DNA of 64,000 nt, taken from contig DATKMR010000001.1 in assembly GCA_035541795.1 (NCBI GenBank), positions 3,532-67,531 of the forward strand, in the 5' to 3' direction. The notes beneath the pieces are model-generated. The model was not told the origin of the DNA. It searched no databases and worked only from the letters and a program-made list of their open reading frames with translations. The translations under genes were made by a program, and so were the position numbers. Shown here one piece after another: positions 9,423-17,911 of this stretch (positions are counted from its first letter, which is position 1; each line of letters starts with the position of its first letter). This stretch comes from Bacteroidales bacterium (GTDB taxonomy: Bacteria; Bacteroidota; Bacteroidia; Bacteroidales; VadinHA17).

Positions 9423-10634
9423 TCAGAGCGATAAAAGATATTCAATGAAAGGCGGGTACACCATCTCCGCCTTTGATTTATTGGACCATACCTCACGGGA
9501 GGCCTCTCTTAGTGTAATGGAATCCTCTCTTTTTAGAAGCAGGGTTATAATCTCTCCTATGGCCCCTGGATCCATTCCCGGCGGAATAAGTTTTCCTGTT
9601 TTTCCGGAGACCAGTTCACCCGTGCCTCCAACGTCTGTTGCAAGTACGGGTATGCCAAACGACATTGCTTCTATGATTGAGACAGGAACACCTTCGGAAC
9701 TGCTCAGGTTGATAAAAAGATCCACCGGGTTTTCAGAATAATACTTCATCAGTTCAGAATTAGGTACGCTCCCGGCCAGCCTGCAGATAATGTTTGCCGG
9801 CATTAGTGAGATTTGCCTCTCGACAGCGGCCCTGGTGGGTCCCTCCCCGAAATGCACCCAGGCAATTTTCAGGTTTACGTAAGACAGCGCTTTTGCAATC
9901 AGTTCGACCCTTTTAACCGGGTAGAGATTTGAACATGATACGATTGTGAAAACATCGCGTTTGAGAACAGGATTTAAGCCATGGTCGGGGGTGCCCATCC
10001 TGGAAAGGACCATTTTCCCGGTGAAAAAAGGATACCTGCCGGAGAAATATTTTCTCCCGGCCTCAGAGATCACGACAGCCGAGCCAATTCCCTCGATCTG
10101 CTGCTTCCTCCATGGAATATAATCATTGTTGGTATGCTCGTAAAGGTCCGACCCGTGAAACCTGACAACTATCTTTTGTCTGAGATCGCCCGGAAGGAAA
10201 GGTATCAGCTGGCTCCATCTCAGGCCCCAGTAGAAATAGATGATGCCGAACCCTTCCAGGAATTGCTTATCCCTGAGATATTCAAGGGAGAGCAGGTACC
10301 TGATTACCAGGAAGTGGGCCGTCCAGATCCTGAGCCTGGCGGCGCTGGTAAAAACATCCGACCTGATCCCCTCAGCCAGGAACGGCAAGACAGGGCTCAG
10401 GTTGAAAAGCCCTTTACAAAGGAGATTGAACCTGGCGCTTATTTTTTTATAAGGTGGTGCAAGGATGGTGATCTTTCCTGAAATATCTCTTTTCTTACCC
10501 TTTATCCCTTTTTCGAGCGGCAGGATGGTAATTCTTTCAAAGCTTTTCTCAAGGAACCGGATCTCCGTATCAAGAAACTGTTCAGAGGCACCATAGGGGA
10601 ATGAATCGGTTAGTATGAGGAGATTCTTAGTCAT
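9423..10634 (-). CDS. Glycosyltransferase family 4 (GT-B, group 1)
   Basis: The C-terminal motif SSSEGVPVSIIEAMSFGIPVLATDVGGTGELV is the E-x7-E GT1/GT4 signature. Its start overlaps the upstream methyltransferase stop by 8 nt. Confidence 0.85.
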   Translation of the reverse strand: MTKNLLILTDSFPYGASEQFLDTEIRFLEKSFERITILPLEKGIKGKKRDISGKITILAPPYKKISARFNLLCKGLFNLSPVLPFLAEGIRSDVFTSAARLRIWTAHFLVIRYLLSLEYLRDKQFLEGFGIIYFYWGLRWSQLIPFLPGDLRQKIVVRFHGSDLYEHTNNDYIPWRKQQIEGIGSAVVISEAGRKYFSGRYPFFTGKMVLSRMGTPDHGLNPVLKRDVFTIVSCSNLYPVKRVELIAKALSYVNLKIAWVHFGEGPTRAAVERQISLMPANIICRLAGSVPNSELMKYYSENPVDLFINLSSSEGVPVSIIEAMSFGIPVLATDVGGTGELVSGKTGKLIPPGMDPGAIGEIITLLLKREDSITLREASREVWSNKSKAEMVYPPFIEYLLSL

Positions 10635-11439
10635 TCTTAGCGATGCATATAATAACTGGCGAAAACAGTCTTGAGGACATTTTCACCTTAAGTCCAATCA
10701 GGAGCTTCGTTATTACGGCATTGGTGAGTTCAAGGATTTTCATGGTTATCTTCCTGAGTCGCGTGCCCGGCCTGAACAGGAACCCGGTTTCCTTAACGCT
10801 CCACGGGATTATCATCGGGTAGAAAAATCCTGTATAATCTGTCCTTATGCACCTGAAACCCGTTTTTTCATGCATTTCCAGAAGATCTTCCCTTGTGAGT
10901 TTCATATGGATATCATACACATCAGGGAGAAAGATCCTGGTAAGCCAGCCGCTGAGGCCCATCAGGTTCGGGATGACAGTAATTATCAGGCCACCCCTGT
11001 TAAGATGTTCCCTGGCTATTTCAAGTATCCCTGCAGGGTTTTCGAAATGCTCTACCAGGCCAAGCGAGATAATAATATCATATTTTTTATCACCCTGCCA
11101 TTTAAAGATATCTGTACACAGGACCTCGTCGTACCCTATATTCTGAATTTTAAGGTTTTCCTCGCAGATCACGCACCCTGGCTCCGAGTAGTCAAGACCA
11201 GATACTGTTAATCCGTATTCTTCGGCAAGGAAGGGAAGCCAGGCAGAACTGCCTGCGCCTGCTTCAAGCAGGGTCGAGTAATTTCCTGCTTTAACCTGAT
11301 CGCTGAAAAAGGAGTTAATAAGCCATGGACTGTACTGGGTTTTTTTTACTTTCAGGGGCAATCTGGCAGCAGACAGGATATTGTCCCAGTACCCTTTTTC
11401 AGAAAGCTTGCGGTTACCCATTGTCCCTGCTGAGTTCAT
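10627..11439 (-). CDS. Class I SAM-dependent methyltransferase
   Basis: Motif I LLEAGAGSSAWLPFLAEEYG, then DIIISLGLVEHF and GGLIITVIPN. Start set at MNSAGTMG (11439), 36 nt downstream of a -7 box. Confidence 0.75.
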   Translation of the reverse strand: MNSAGTMGNRKLSEKGYWDNILSAARLPLKVKKTQYSPWLINSFFSDQVKAGNYSTLLEAGAGSSAWLPFLAEEYGLTVSGLDYSEPGCVICEENLKIQNIGYDEVLCTDIFKWQGDKKYDIIISLGLVEHFENPAGILEIAREHLNRGGLIITVIPNLMGLSGWLTRIFLPDVYDIHMKLTREDLLEMHEKTGFRCIRTDYTGFFYPMIIPWSVKETGFLFRPGTRLRKITMKILELTNAVITKLLIGLKVKMSSRLFSPVIICIAKND

Positions 11440-11475
11440 TGAGCTATAGATTTTAAGACGCTGTTCATGTTTATT

Positions 11476-11483
11476 CAAAAATA
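11476..11483 (-). promoter_or_regulatory. Bacteroidota -7 promoter box (TAnnTTTG) for the minus-strand glycan operon
   Basis: Reads TATTTTTG on the minus strand, 36 nt upstream of ATG 11439. Confidence 0.45.
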
Positions 11484-11484
11484 G

Positions 11485-11492
11485 TATCTTTG
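11485..11492 (+). promoter_or_regulatory. Bacteroidota -7 promoter box (TAnnTTTG) for the plus-strand glycan operon
   Basis: Reads TATCTTTG, 18 nt upstream of ATG 11511. It sits back-to-back with the minus-strand box, 1 nt apart. Confidence 0.5.
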
Positions 11493-11510
11493 ACGTCAAT
11501 TAAAGATATT

Positions 11511-12947
11511 ATGCTCAATAAAATTGCAATTGAATATAATCCGCAATCAACATACCCTCTTGTAAGTCCATTTTCACCCTCAGAGATATACCGGGAATAC
11601 AAACTAAAAGAAATATCCTCTGAAATTAACCCGGTCTATTCACAGGTCCGGAGCGCACTGTATGATCTTGGTCTCGACCGTGACAATTTCGGGAAAGAAA
11701 CCTGGAATCCATTCAGTGACTTTATTTCGCCCGGAAACAGGGTCGTTATAAAACCGAACTGGGTAAGGGAAATGAACCCTCTTTCAGATGATATTTCCGG
11801 ACTTGTATCACATCCGTCTGTTGTAAGGGCCGTTCTCGATTATGTGTTGCTGGCACTGAAAGATGAAGGAGAAGTAATTATTGGCGACGCACCAATTCAG
11901 TCCGCTGATTTTGAGAAGCTGGCAGAAAGGCTGAAAATAGACGAAGTAATAAATTTTTATAATGGAAAGACGGGAGTGAAGATCTCGGTCGAGGATTTTC
12001 GCAGTGAAATTAAAATGTACGGACCTTCGGGAGAGGTCTCCTGTCATAAGTTCTCAGAGAATAAGAACTTCGTAAATGTAGATCTTGCCGGTGACAGCTT
12101 CTTTGAGGGAGTGATGGATAAATTCAGGAAATTCAGGGTGACGAATTACGATCCCGGCAGGATGTTCGAATACCATGGTCCGGGGAAAAATATCTACAGG
12201 ATCTTTAAGCCGGTACTTGAAGCCGACGTTGTGATAAACATACCCAAGCTTAAGACGCACCGGAAAGCCGGAATCACCTGCTGCATGAAGAACAGCGTCG
12301 GGATAATCGGTACAAAAGATGCCCTGGTGCATCATACAAGGGGCAGCAGGAAAGAGGGGGGAGACGCCTACCCTTATTTCAATATTCTCAAGTGGATGAA
12401 TGAGAGGATGTACGAGATGAGGGAAAAGACAGAAAATGCCGGTCTGCAGAAATCCCTGACCTTCCTGATCGGGATGAATGACGGTATAATGAAAAGGCTC
12501 GGAACAAATCTCGTCTTCGAGGGAAACTGGTATGGAAATATGACTCTCTGGCGGATGCTCCTCGACATCAATAATATCTTGTTTTATTGCGACAGGAACG
12601 GCATAATGAAAGAAGATGAGCAGAGGAAGGTATTTTTTCTTGTCGATGCCGTGGTTGGAGGAGAAAAAGATGGTCCGCTGAAGCCTGTGAACAAACCCGC
12701 CGGACTTCTCATCGCGGGATGGAACCCAGTGCTCATAGACCTAATTTCAGCAAAGCTGATAGGATTTGACTACGGGAAGATTACAACTTTGAGCAAGGCA
12801 CTTGAAAACGGTTTCCTTGGCTTTAATGAGGGAAACATTGCAGAGTCTCAGGTATGGTTTAATGGAAAGATGACAGGTGCGGCTGCCCTGGAAGCAGTTG
12901 CACATTTTGAGCCTTCGGCCGGCTGGAAAAAGCATATCGAAGCATGA
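11511..12947 (+). CDS. DUF362 domain-containing protein
   Basis: RVVIKPNWV...GDAPIQSADF...VINIPKLKTHRKAGITCCMKNSVG matches the DUF362 pattern as I recall it. ATG 11511 is preferred over TTG 11490 because the -7 box covers 11485-11492. Confidence 0.7.
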   Translation: MLNKIAIEYNPQSTYPLVSPFSPSEIYREYKLKEISSEINPVYSQVRSALYDLGLDRDNFGKETWNPFSDFISPGNRVVIKPNWVREMNPLSDDISGLVSHPSVVRAVLDYVLLALKDEGEVIIGDAPIQSADFEKLAERLKIDEVINFYNGKTGVKISVEDFRSEIKMYGPSGEVSCHKFSENKNFVNVDLAGDSFFEGVMDKFRKFRVTNYDPGRMFEYHGPGKNIYRIFKPVLEADVVINIPKLKTHRKAGITCCMKNSVGIIGTKDALVHHTRGSRKEGGDAYPYFNILKWMNERMYEMREKTENAGLQKSLTFLIGMNDGIMKRLGTNLVFEGNWYGNMTLWRMLLDINNILFYCDRNGIMKEDEQRKVFFLVDAVVGGEKDGPLKPVNKPAGLLIAGWNPVLIDLISAKLIGFDYGKITTLSKALENGFLGFNEGNIAESQVWFNGKMTGAAALEAVAHFEPSAGWKKHIEA

Positions 12948-12972
12948 ACATAAATCTTATAATTTAAAGGGA

Positions 12973-14019
12973 ATGCGTGTTGGCATACATCCGGGAAGGT
13001 ACCGGGAAATCCCAGATTTCATTAAGAAATATGAGATTATCCTGAAATTCAACGACATTGAATGTGAATACCTGCATGCAGATGATCCCGACTTCTTCGA
13101 GAAGGTCAAATCGCTGGATGCCTTTATTTATAGGTGGTATCATTATGATTATGACCGGCAGCTTGCAACCACCATTTTGCCTTTAATCAGGGATTTCCTA
13201 AAGATTAAATGCTTCCCCGATAATGCCACCGACTGGCATTTTGATGATAAGATAAAGCAATATTACCTGCTGAAGCTTTACAATTTTCCGGTTTGCGAAT
13301 CCTGGATTTTCTGGGACAGGAAGGATGCGCTTGAATGGACTGATACAGCAAGGTACCCTTTGATCTTTAAGCTGAAGGGGGGGGCAGGCTCGAAAAATGT
13401 CCTCCTTGTAAGGAACAGCAGAAAAGCAAAGCAACTGGTACGCCGCATGTTCGGCAGGGGTTTTAGCGACCTTGGGATATTGAATTCAATGAGCACATCG
13501 AGGCATGATTTCAGGCTATTAAGAAATCTTAAGATCCTGCTCTGGCAGATAAAGAGGTCCGTTACCGGAAGGCCCGCGGAAACAGTCTATCAAAAAAACA
13601 GGAACTATGTTCTGTTCCAGGAATTTCTCTCCGGAAACAAATTTGACACGCGGATAACAGTGATCGGGAACAGGGCTTTCGGATTCAGAAGATTTAACAG
13701 GAAAAACGATTTCAGATCATCAGGGTCAGGAATAATTGATCATGACCCGGCTTTCATTGATACCGGTTGTGTCAGGATTGCCTTCGAAATATCACGGAAG
13801 TTCGCATTCCAGTCGATGGCTTATGATTTCCTCTGCGATGAAAGCGGTCAAATAAAGTTTTCGGAAATAAGCTATTCATTTCTCGATACAACTGTGCACC
13901 AGTGCACAGGATACTGGGATAAGGACCTGAACTGGCACGAAGGGCATTTCTGGCCGCAGTTCTGCCAGCTACAGGACCTGCTTAATATGCCTGAACTTAA
14001 ACAGCCCGTGATCTCTTAA
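12973..14019 (+). CDS. ATP-grasp fold protein (RimK-like ligase candidate)
   Basis: DDKIKQYYLL...YPLIFKLKGGAGSKNVLLV...YVLFQEFL..NKFDTRITVIGNRAFGFRRFNRKNDFRSSGSG...MAYDFL follows the ATP-grasp layout. Start at MRVGIHPG (12973). Confidence 0.6.
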   Translation: MRVGIHPGRYREIPDFIKKYEIILKFNDIECEYLHADDPDFFEKVKSLDAFIYRWYHYDYDRQLATTILPLIRDFLKIKCFPDNATDWHFDDKIKQYYLLKLYNFPVCESWIFWDRKDALEWTDTARYPLIFKLKGGAGSKNVLLVRNSRKAKQLVRRMFGRGFSDLGILNSMSTSRHDFRLLRNLKILLWQIKRSVTGRPAETVYQKNRNYVLFQEFLSGNKFDTRITVIGNRAFGFRRFNRKNDFRSSGSGIIDHDPAFIDTGCVRIAFEISRKFAFQSMAYDFLCDESGQIKFSEISYSFLDTTVHQCTGYWDKDLNWHEGHFWPQFCQLQDLLNMPELKQPVIS

Positions 14020-14029
14020 ACCTTTCAGC

Positions 14030-15148
14030 TTGGCAGGAAAACTCAAAATACTGGTATTGACATTGTCACTCGAAGGAGGAGGTGCCGAAAAGGTGCTTTC
14101 CACACTTGTGAGAAATTTCAACCACGACTTTGAAGTAGTGCTGGTAACATTTTACAAAAAGGGAAGGTACCTCGAAGAGCTTCTTTCCATGCCCCGGCTT
14201 AAATACTACTGCCTCAACGCTGATAGCGGCAATACTCTTGCATTCGCCTGCAGGCTGAGAAAAGTCATAAAAGAAGAACGACCCGACAGGATACTATCCT
14301 TCCTTTATTATCCCAATATTATTACCTGTCTTGCCGCGATGTTCACCCGGGTACCCTTTATTGTTTCGGAACGGTCGAATCACAGGAAGTACCTGACGCG
14401 ATCGCTTAAGCACAAGGCCTGGAGATTTCTTCTTGGCAGGGCTTACAGCAATGCCCGATGGATTGTACCTGTATCCGCTGAATCGAGAGATGCAATTATT
14501 TCGGATTTCAGGGTGAAAGGGGATAAAGTAGTAACCATACATAATGGAATTTCATTTTCGGCGATTGACGAAATGAAAGAGGAAGCTGTTACAGAAATGG
14601 ACCTGGAACCAGGAAATACTTACATACTTGCCGTCGGCAGCATTTCGGCAGCAAAAAATCACGCCCTACTTGTCGACAGCTTCAGGATCGTTCACGACAG
14701 GCATCCCGGTTCAAGGCTTATTATCCTGGGGAAGGGCGATCTGGAAGGAGATATCCGCAGGAGGATTTCTTCCCTTGGTCTTGATAATTATATACACCTT
14801 CCGGGGTATTGCGAAAACCCGTACAAATTCATGGCCCGTGCAGCCTGCTATGTACTTTCATCAGACTGGGAGGGATTCCCGAATTCGCTGCTGGAAGCCC
14901 TTTACGTGAACGGTCATGTTGTTTCCACGGACTGCCCCACGGGTCCGGGAGAGATACTGACAAACAACGAGGATGGAATACTTTGCGAACCGGGCAATAT
15001 CCAGGATTTGGCTGCAGCAATTGAGAGGATGTGTTTCGATGAAGAATTGAGAAGCAAAGTTTATGCCGGCAGCAGGAAAACAATAACTAATTTTGACGAG
15101 TCGGTTATGATTGACGGTTACCGCAAATTGTTAGATGAAATTAATTAG
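14030..15148 (+). CDS. Glycosyltransferase family 4
   Basis: N-terminus KILVLTLSLEGGGAEKV; C-terminal motif SSDWEGFPNSLLEALYVNGHVVSTDCPTGPGEIL. TTG start; no in-frame ATG lies near the N-terminus. Confidence 0.85.
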   Translation: MAGKLKILVLTLSLEGGGAEKVLSTLVRNFNHDFEVVLVTFYKKGRYLEELLSMPRLKYYCLNADSGNTLAFACRLRKVIKEERPDRILSFLYYPNIITCLAAMFTRVPFIVSERSNHRKYLTRSLKHKAWRFLLGRAYSNARWIVPVSAESRDAIISDFRVKGDKVVTIHNGISFSAIDEMKEEAVTEMDLEPGNTYILAVGSISAAKNHALLVDSFRIVHDRHPGSRLIILGKGDLEGDIRRRISSLGLDNYIHLPGYCENPYKFMARAACYVLSSDWEGFPNSLLEALYVNGHVVSTDCPTGPGEILTNNEDGILCEPGNIQDLAAAIERMCFDEELRSKVYAGSRKTITNFDESVMIDGYRKLLDEIN

Positions 15149-15154
15149 CAGGAG

Positions 15155-16636
15155 ATGCTGGGACAGTTAAGAAAACTCGGAAAACAGACCGCAATATACG
15201 GATTTGGCAATATCCTGAACAAGCTTCTGGGCTTCATCCTTATACCACTCTACAACAATTTCATTCCCATAGCCTCTTTCGGCAACCTGGCTGTGATGGA
15301 AACAACAATACTGCTTCTCACGGCAATCCTCCATTTTGGTATATACTCGGGGCATCAGAGGTATTTCTTCATAGAAAAGGAAAGTGGTAATTACGGAACA
15401 TTCCTCTTCAATAATTATCTGGGGAATTTTGTTCTTACAATTATATCGGTGGTTCCTTTGCTGCTGTTCTCGGAACCGATAGCATACAGGCTTTTCAGCG
15501 ATCCGGCTTTCGCGGGCAATCTCCGCCTGGTTTTCTGGATCGTTGTGGCGGAAATAATGTGTGTCATACCTTTCCAGATTCTGCAGTTCGAGGAGAAACC
15601 GGGGCAGTATTTACTTTTTAACGCCTTCAAGCTTACACTGAGCTTCCTGCTGACCATTTATTTCGTCAAGAAACTTACGATGGGTATAAATGGCATTCTT
15701 GTTGCAAGGCTGGCCGGGGCGACATTGACAGCCGTTCTTTTTCTTTTACTGGTGATTTTACCGAGGATCAGGTTGAAGTTCGACCTGTCGCGATTGTGGA
15801 TTTCGGTGAAATACGGATTCCCCGCAATTGCAGGCAATATCGGGTTCCTTATCTTTCAGCTGAATGACAGGTATATGCTCAACTGGCTGAGCACAAGTGC
15901 AGAAACGGGGAAATATGCATTCGGTTACAAAATAGCAAATTTCATAAATCTCATTTTTATCTCCACAATCGGACTTAGCTACATGCCATCCATATTCAGC
16001 AAGGAGAAGGAGGAGAATAATACCAGGTATTACAGGAAAATGCTTACGTATTACTGTTTCCTGATCTCACTGATTATCCTGGGGTTCCTTTTCTTTTATA
16101 AGGACCTGCTTTCGCTTGTGGCAAGGAACAAGGATTATTTTGACGGCCTCAGTGTGGTCCCGGTGCTATCATTCAGCTTCATGGTCCTGGGCATGAATTA
16201 TTTCGTCGGGGTGGGCCTGTACCTGAAGAACAGGATGATTTATTTCCTTGCCCCGTCATTTGCTGCGGTTGTCTCAAATATCCTTCTCAACTGGTTCCTT
16301 ATTCCCAGGATCGGGATAATGGGTGCTGCCTGGTCAAGTCTTATTTCGCAGGCTCTTTATACCGGGATACTTTCGTTTACTGCCTCAAGATTCATAAAAA
16401 TATCTTTTGAATGGGGCAAAATCCTGATGATTTACCTGCTGGCGGTTACACTTTTCATGGCAAGCCAGGCAACGGAACACCTGGGCATAATTCTTTCATA
16501 CGGGCTGAAGCTTCTTCTTCTTGTACTGTTCCCGCTTGTACTGTATCTTTTTAAATTTTTCGAAAAGGTTGAGATTCAAAGGATAAGAGAAGGTATGTCC
16601 AAAATTTTCGACAGGTATAACCCGCTCCAGTCCTGA
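15155..16636 (+). CDS. wzx: Oligosaccharide flippase (Wzx / MOP-superfamily polysaccharide biosynthesis protein)
   Basis: 493 aa with about 12-14 TM helices. The N-terminus KQTAIYGFGNILNKLLGFILIPLY is typical of Wzx-type flippases. Confidence 0.8.
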   Translation: MLGQLRKLGKQTAIYGFGNILNKLLGFILIPLYNNFIPIASFGNLAVMETTILLLTAILHFGIYSGHQRYFFIEKESGNYGTFLFNNYLGNFVLTIISVVPLLLFSEPIAYRLFSDPAFAGNLRLVFWIVVAEIMCVIPFQILQFEEKPGQYLLFNAFKLTLSFLLTIYFVKKLTMGINGILVARLAGATLTAVLFLLLVILPRIRLKFDLSRLWISVKYGFPAIAGNIGFLIFQLNDRYMLNWLSTSAETGKYAFGYKIANFINLIFISTIGLSYMPSIFSKEKEENNTRYYRKMLTYYCFLISLIILGFLFFYKDLLSLVARNKDYFDGLSVVPVLSFSFMVLGMNYFVGVGLYLKNRMIYFLAPSFAAVVSNILLNWFLIPRIGIMGAAWSSLISQALYTGILSFTASRFIKISFEWGKILMIYLLAVTLFMASQATEHLGIILSYGLKLLLLVLFPLVLYLFKFFEKVEIQRIREGMSKIFDRYNPLQS

Positions 16637-16641
16637 ACAAA

Positions 16642-17910
16642 TTACACGCCAAGCAGGTCCACAAGCTTTGCAGTAAGACTTCTTCTTGAATACTTAAGTG
16701 CAGACCGGGTGTCGGTTTTGACAGCACCGGCCCTGATCAGGCTTATTGAATTTTCAATCCCGGCGATGTCGTTGTAATTATTCACTACTCCGCACCTGGT
16801 CTCGTTAATGATCATGGCAGCATCTCCATCGGCAGGGCCAAGGCATATTACAGGCCTGCCTGATGCAATGTACTCAAATAGTTTGCCGGTGATTATACTT
16901 TTATTGCTTCTGTGATCGGGGATGATAAGCAACAGGGCAGAAGATTCTTTCATGAGTTTAACCGCTTCATGATGATCGACATGAGGCAAGAACTCAGTGT
17001 ATCCCGATACGGCCCCTCCTGAAACAGATTCTTTCCAGGAGTTTGAGATGGCACCGATAAATCTGATCTTCATGCTGTTGCCTTTACTGATATACCTGGC
17101 AGAGGCATCAAGAAAGCCTTCCAGCGGGTAGGTCTCAGAAAGCGTTCCGGCATATGTTATTACAAAATCACCGGTACTTTCTTTTGCCTGTTCTTTGAAA
17201 TCCTCTTCATCATACCCATTTGAAATAACCGTAAACTTATTTTCGCTGCCCGGTATCCTGGATGAAAAGATATCCCTAAGGCTGCTCCCGACGGTAATCA
17301 CATGGTCCGCCTTTTTGATTGTCTCCCTTTCATACAAGGCATCCAGTGATTTTGCAGGAGGGGTATGCGTGAACATCTCGTAGTAATAGATATCGGTCCA
17401 GGGATCCCTCAGGTCGGCAATCCACCTGATACCAGGATATTTTTTTTTCAGCTTCATACCAATAAGCTGCGTGGAGTGCGGGGGAGAGGTGGTTATGACG
17501 TGCCTGATTCCTTCCTTTTCGATGATCTCGCATGCTTTTCTGTAGGCAAAGCTGTTCCAGCCTCTTCTCGGATCGGGGATGAAAAAATTGCCCCTGATGA
17601 ATCGCATTATCCTGCCTGTCAATCCATTTTTGTCAGAGGATGCAAAGCCTGCTGAAGGCACCTTGCTTTTATCCTTCCTGTACATCCTGAAATAATCAAT
17701 CGCCCTTGTTTTCCAGACTTTTACGCCTGCAGGTATGTCAGATTCAAGTGTATTATCTAAAGCAGGGTACGCAGCAAAATCGGGATCGACGGTTACGATA
17801 ACCGGTTCCCATCCGAATGATGGCAGGTATTTTGAAAATTTGAGCCATCGCTGCACTCCTGCCCCTGATGAGGGTGGCCAATAATATGTGAGGATTAACA
17901 GCTTATTCAC
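16642..17910 (-). CDS. Glycosyltransferase (GT4-like, GT-B fold)
   Basis: The N-terminus KLLILTYYWPPSSGAGVQRWLKF is a Glyco_trans_4-like donor or acceptor loop. The C-terminal half reads GKLFEYIASGRPVICLG. Its start lies 1 nt after the glyQS stop. Confidence 0.72.
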   Translation of the reverse strand: MNKLLILTYYWPPSSGAGVQRWLKFSKYLPSFGWEPVIVTVDPDFAAYPALDNTLESDIPAGVKVWKTRAIDYFRMYRKDKSKVPSAGFASSDKNGLTGRIMRFIRGNFFIPDPRRGWNSFAYRKACEIIEKEGIRHVITTSPPHSTQLIGMKLKKKYPGIRWIADLRDPWTDIYYYEMFTHTPPAKSLDALYERETIKKADHVITVGSSLRDIFSSRIPGSENKFTVISNGYDEEDFKEQAKESTGDFVITYAGTLSETYPLEGFLDASARYISKGNSMKIRFIGAISNSWKESVSGGAVSGYTEFLPHVDHHEAVKLMKESSALLLIIPDHRSNKSIITGKLFEYIASGRPVICLGPADGDAAMIINETRCGVVNNYNDIAGIENSISLIRAGAVKTDTRSALKYSRRSLTAKLVDLLGV

Positions 17911-17911
17911 A

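Noticed and set aside
9335-9496. Long N-terminal extensions in the raw ORF track: here, and at 6865-6945, 11440-11499, 11490-11510, 12877-12972, 19463-19495, 21038-21172, 25556-25612, 34747-34836, 41151-41177 and 53807-53953.
   Set aside because: The extensions overlap upstream genes or contain promoter boxes. They also lack the signal peptide or conserved N-terminus that appears right after an internal Met. I preferred the shorter models, but the exact starts remain unverified.
17440-17448. A T9 (A9 on the coding strand) homopolymer inside the 16642-17910 glycosyltransferase, considered as a slipped-strand phase-variation switch.
   Set aside because: A8 runs encoding Lys-Lys occur in the essential glyQS (19058-19065) and in other genes (11340-11347, 57040-47). 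Such tracts therefore look like ordinary AAA-codon usage in this genome.
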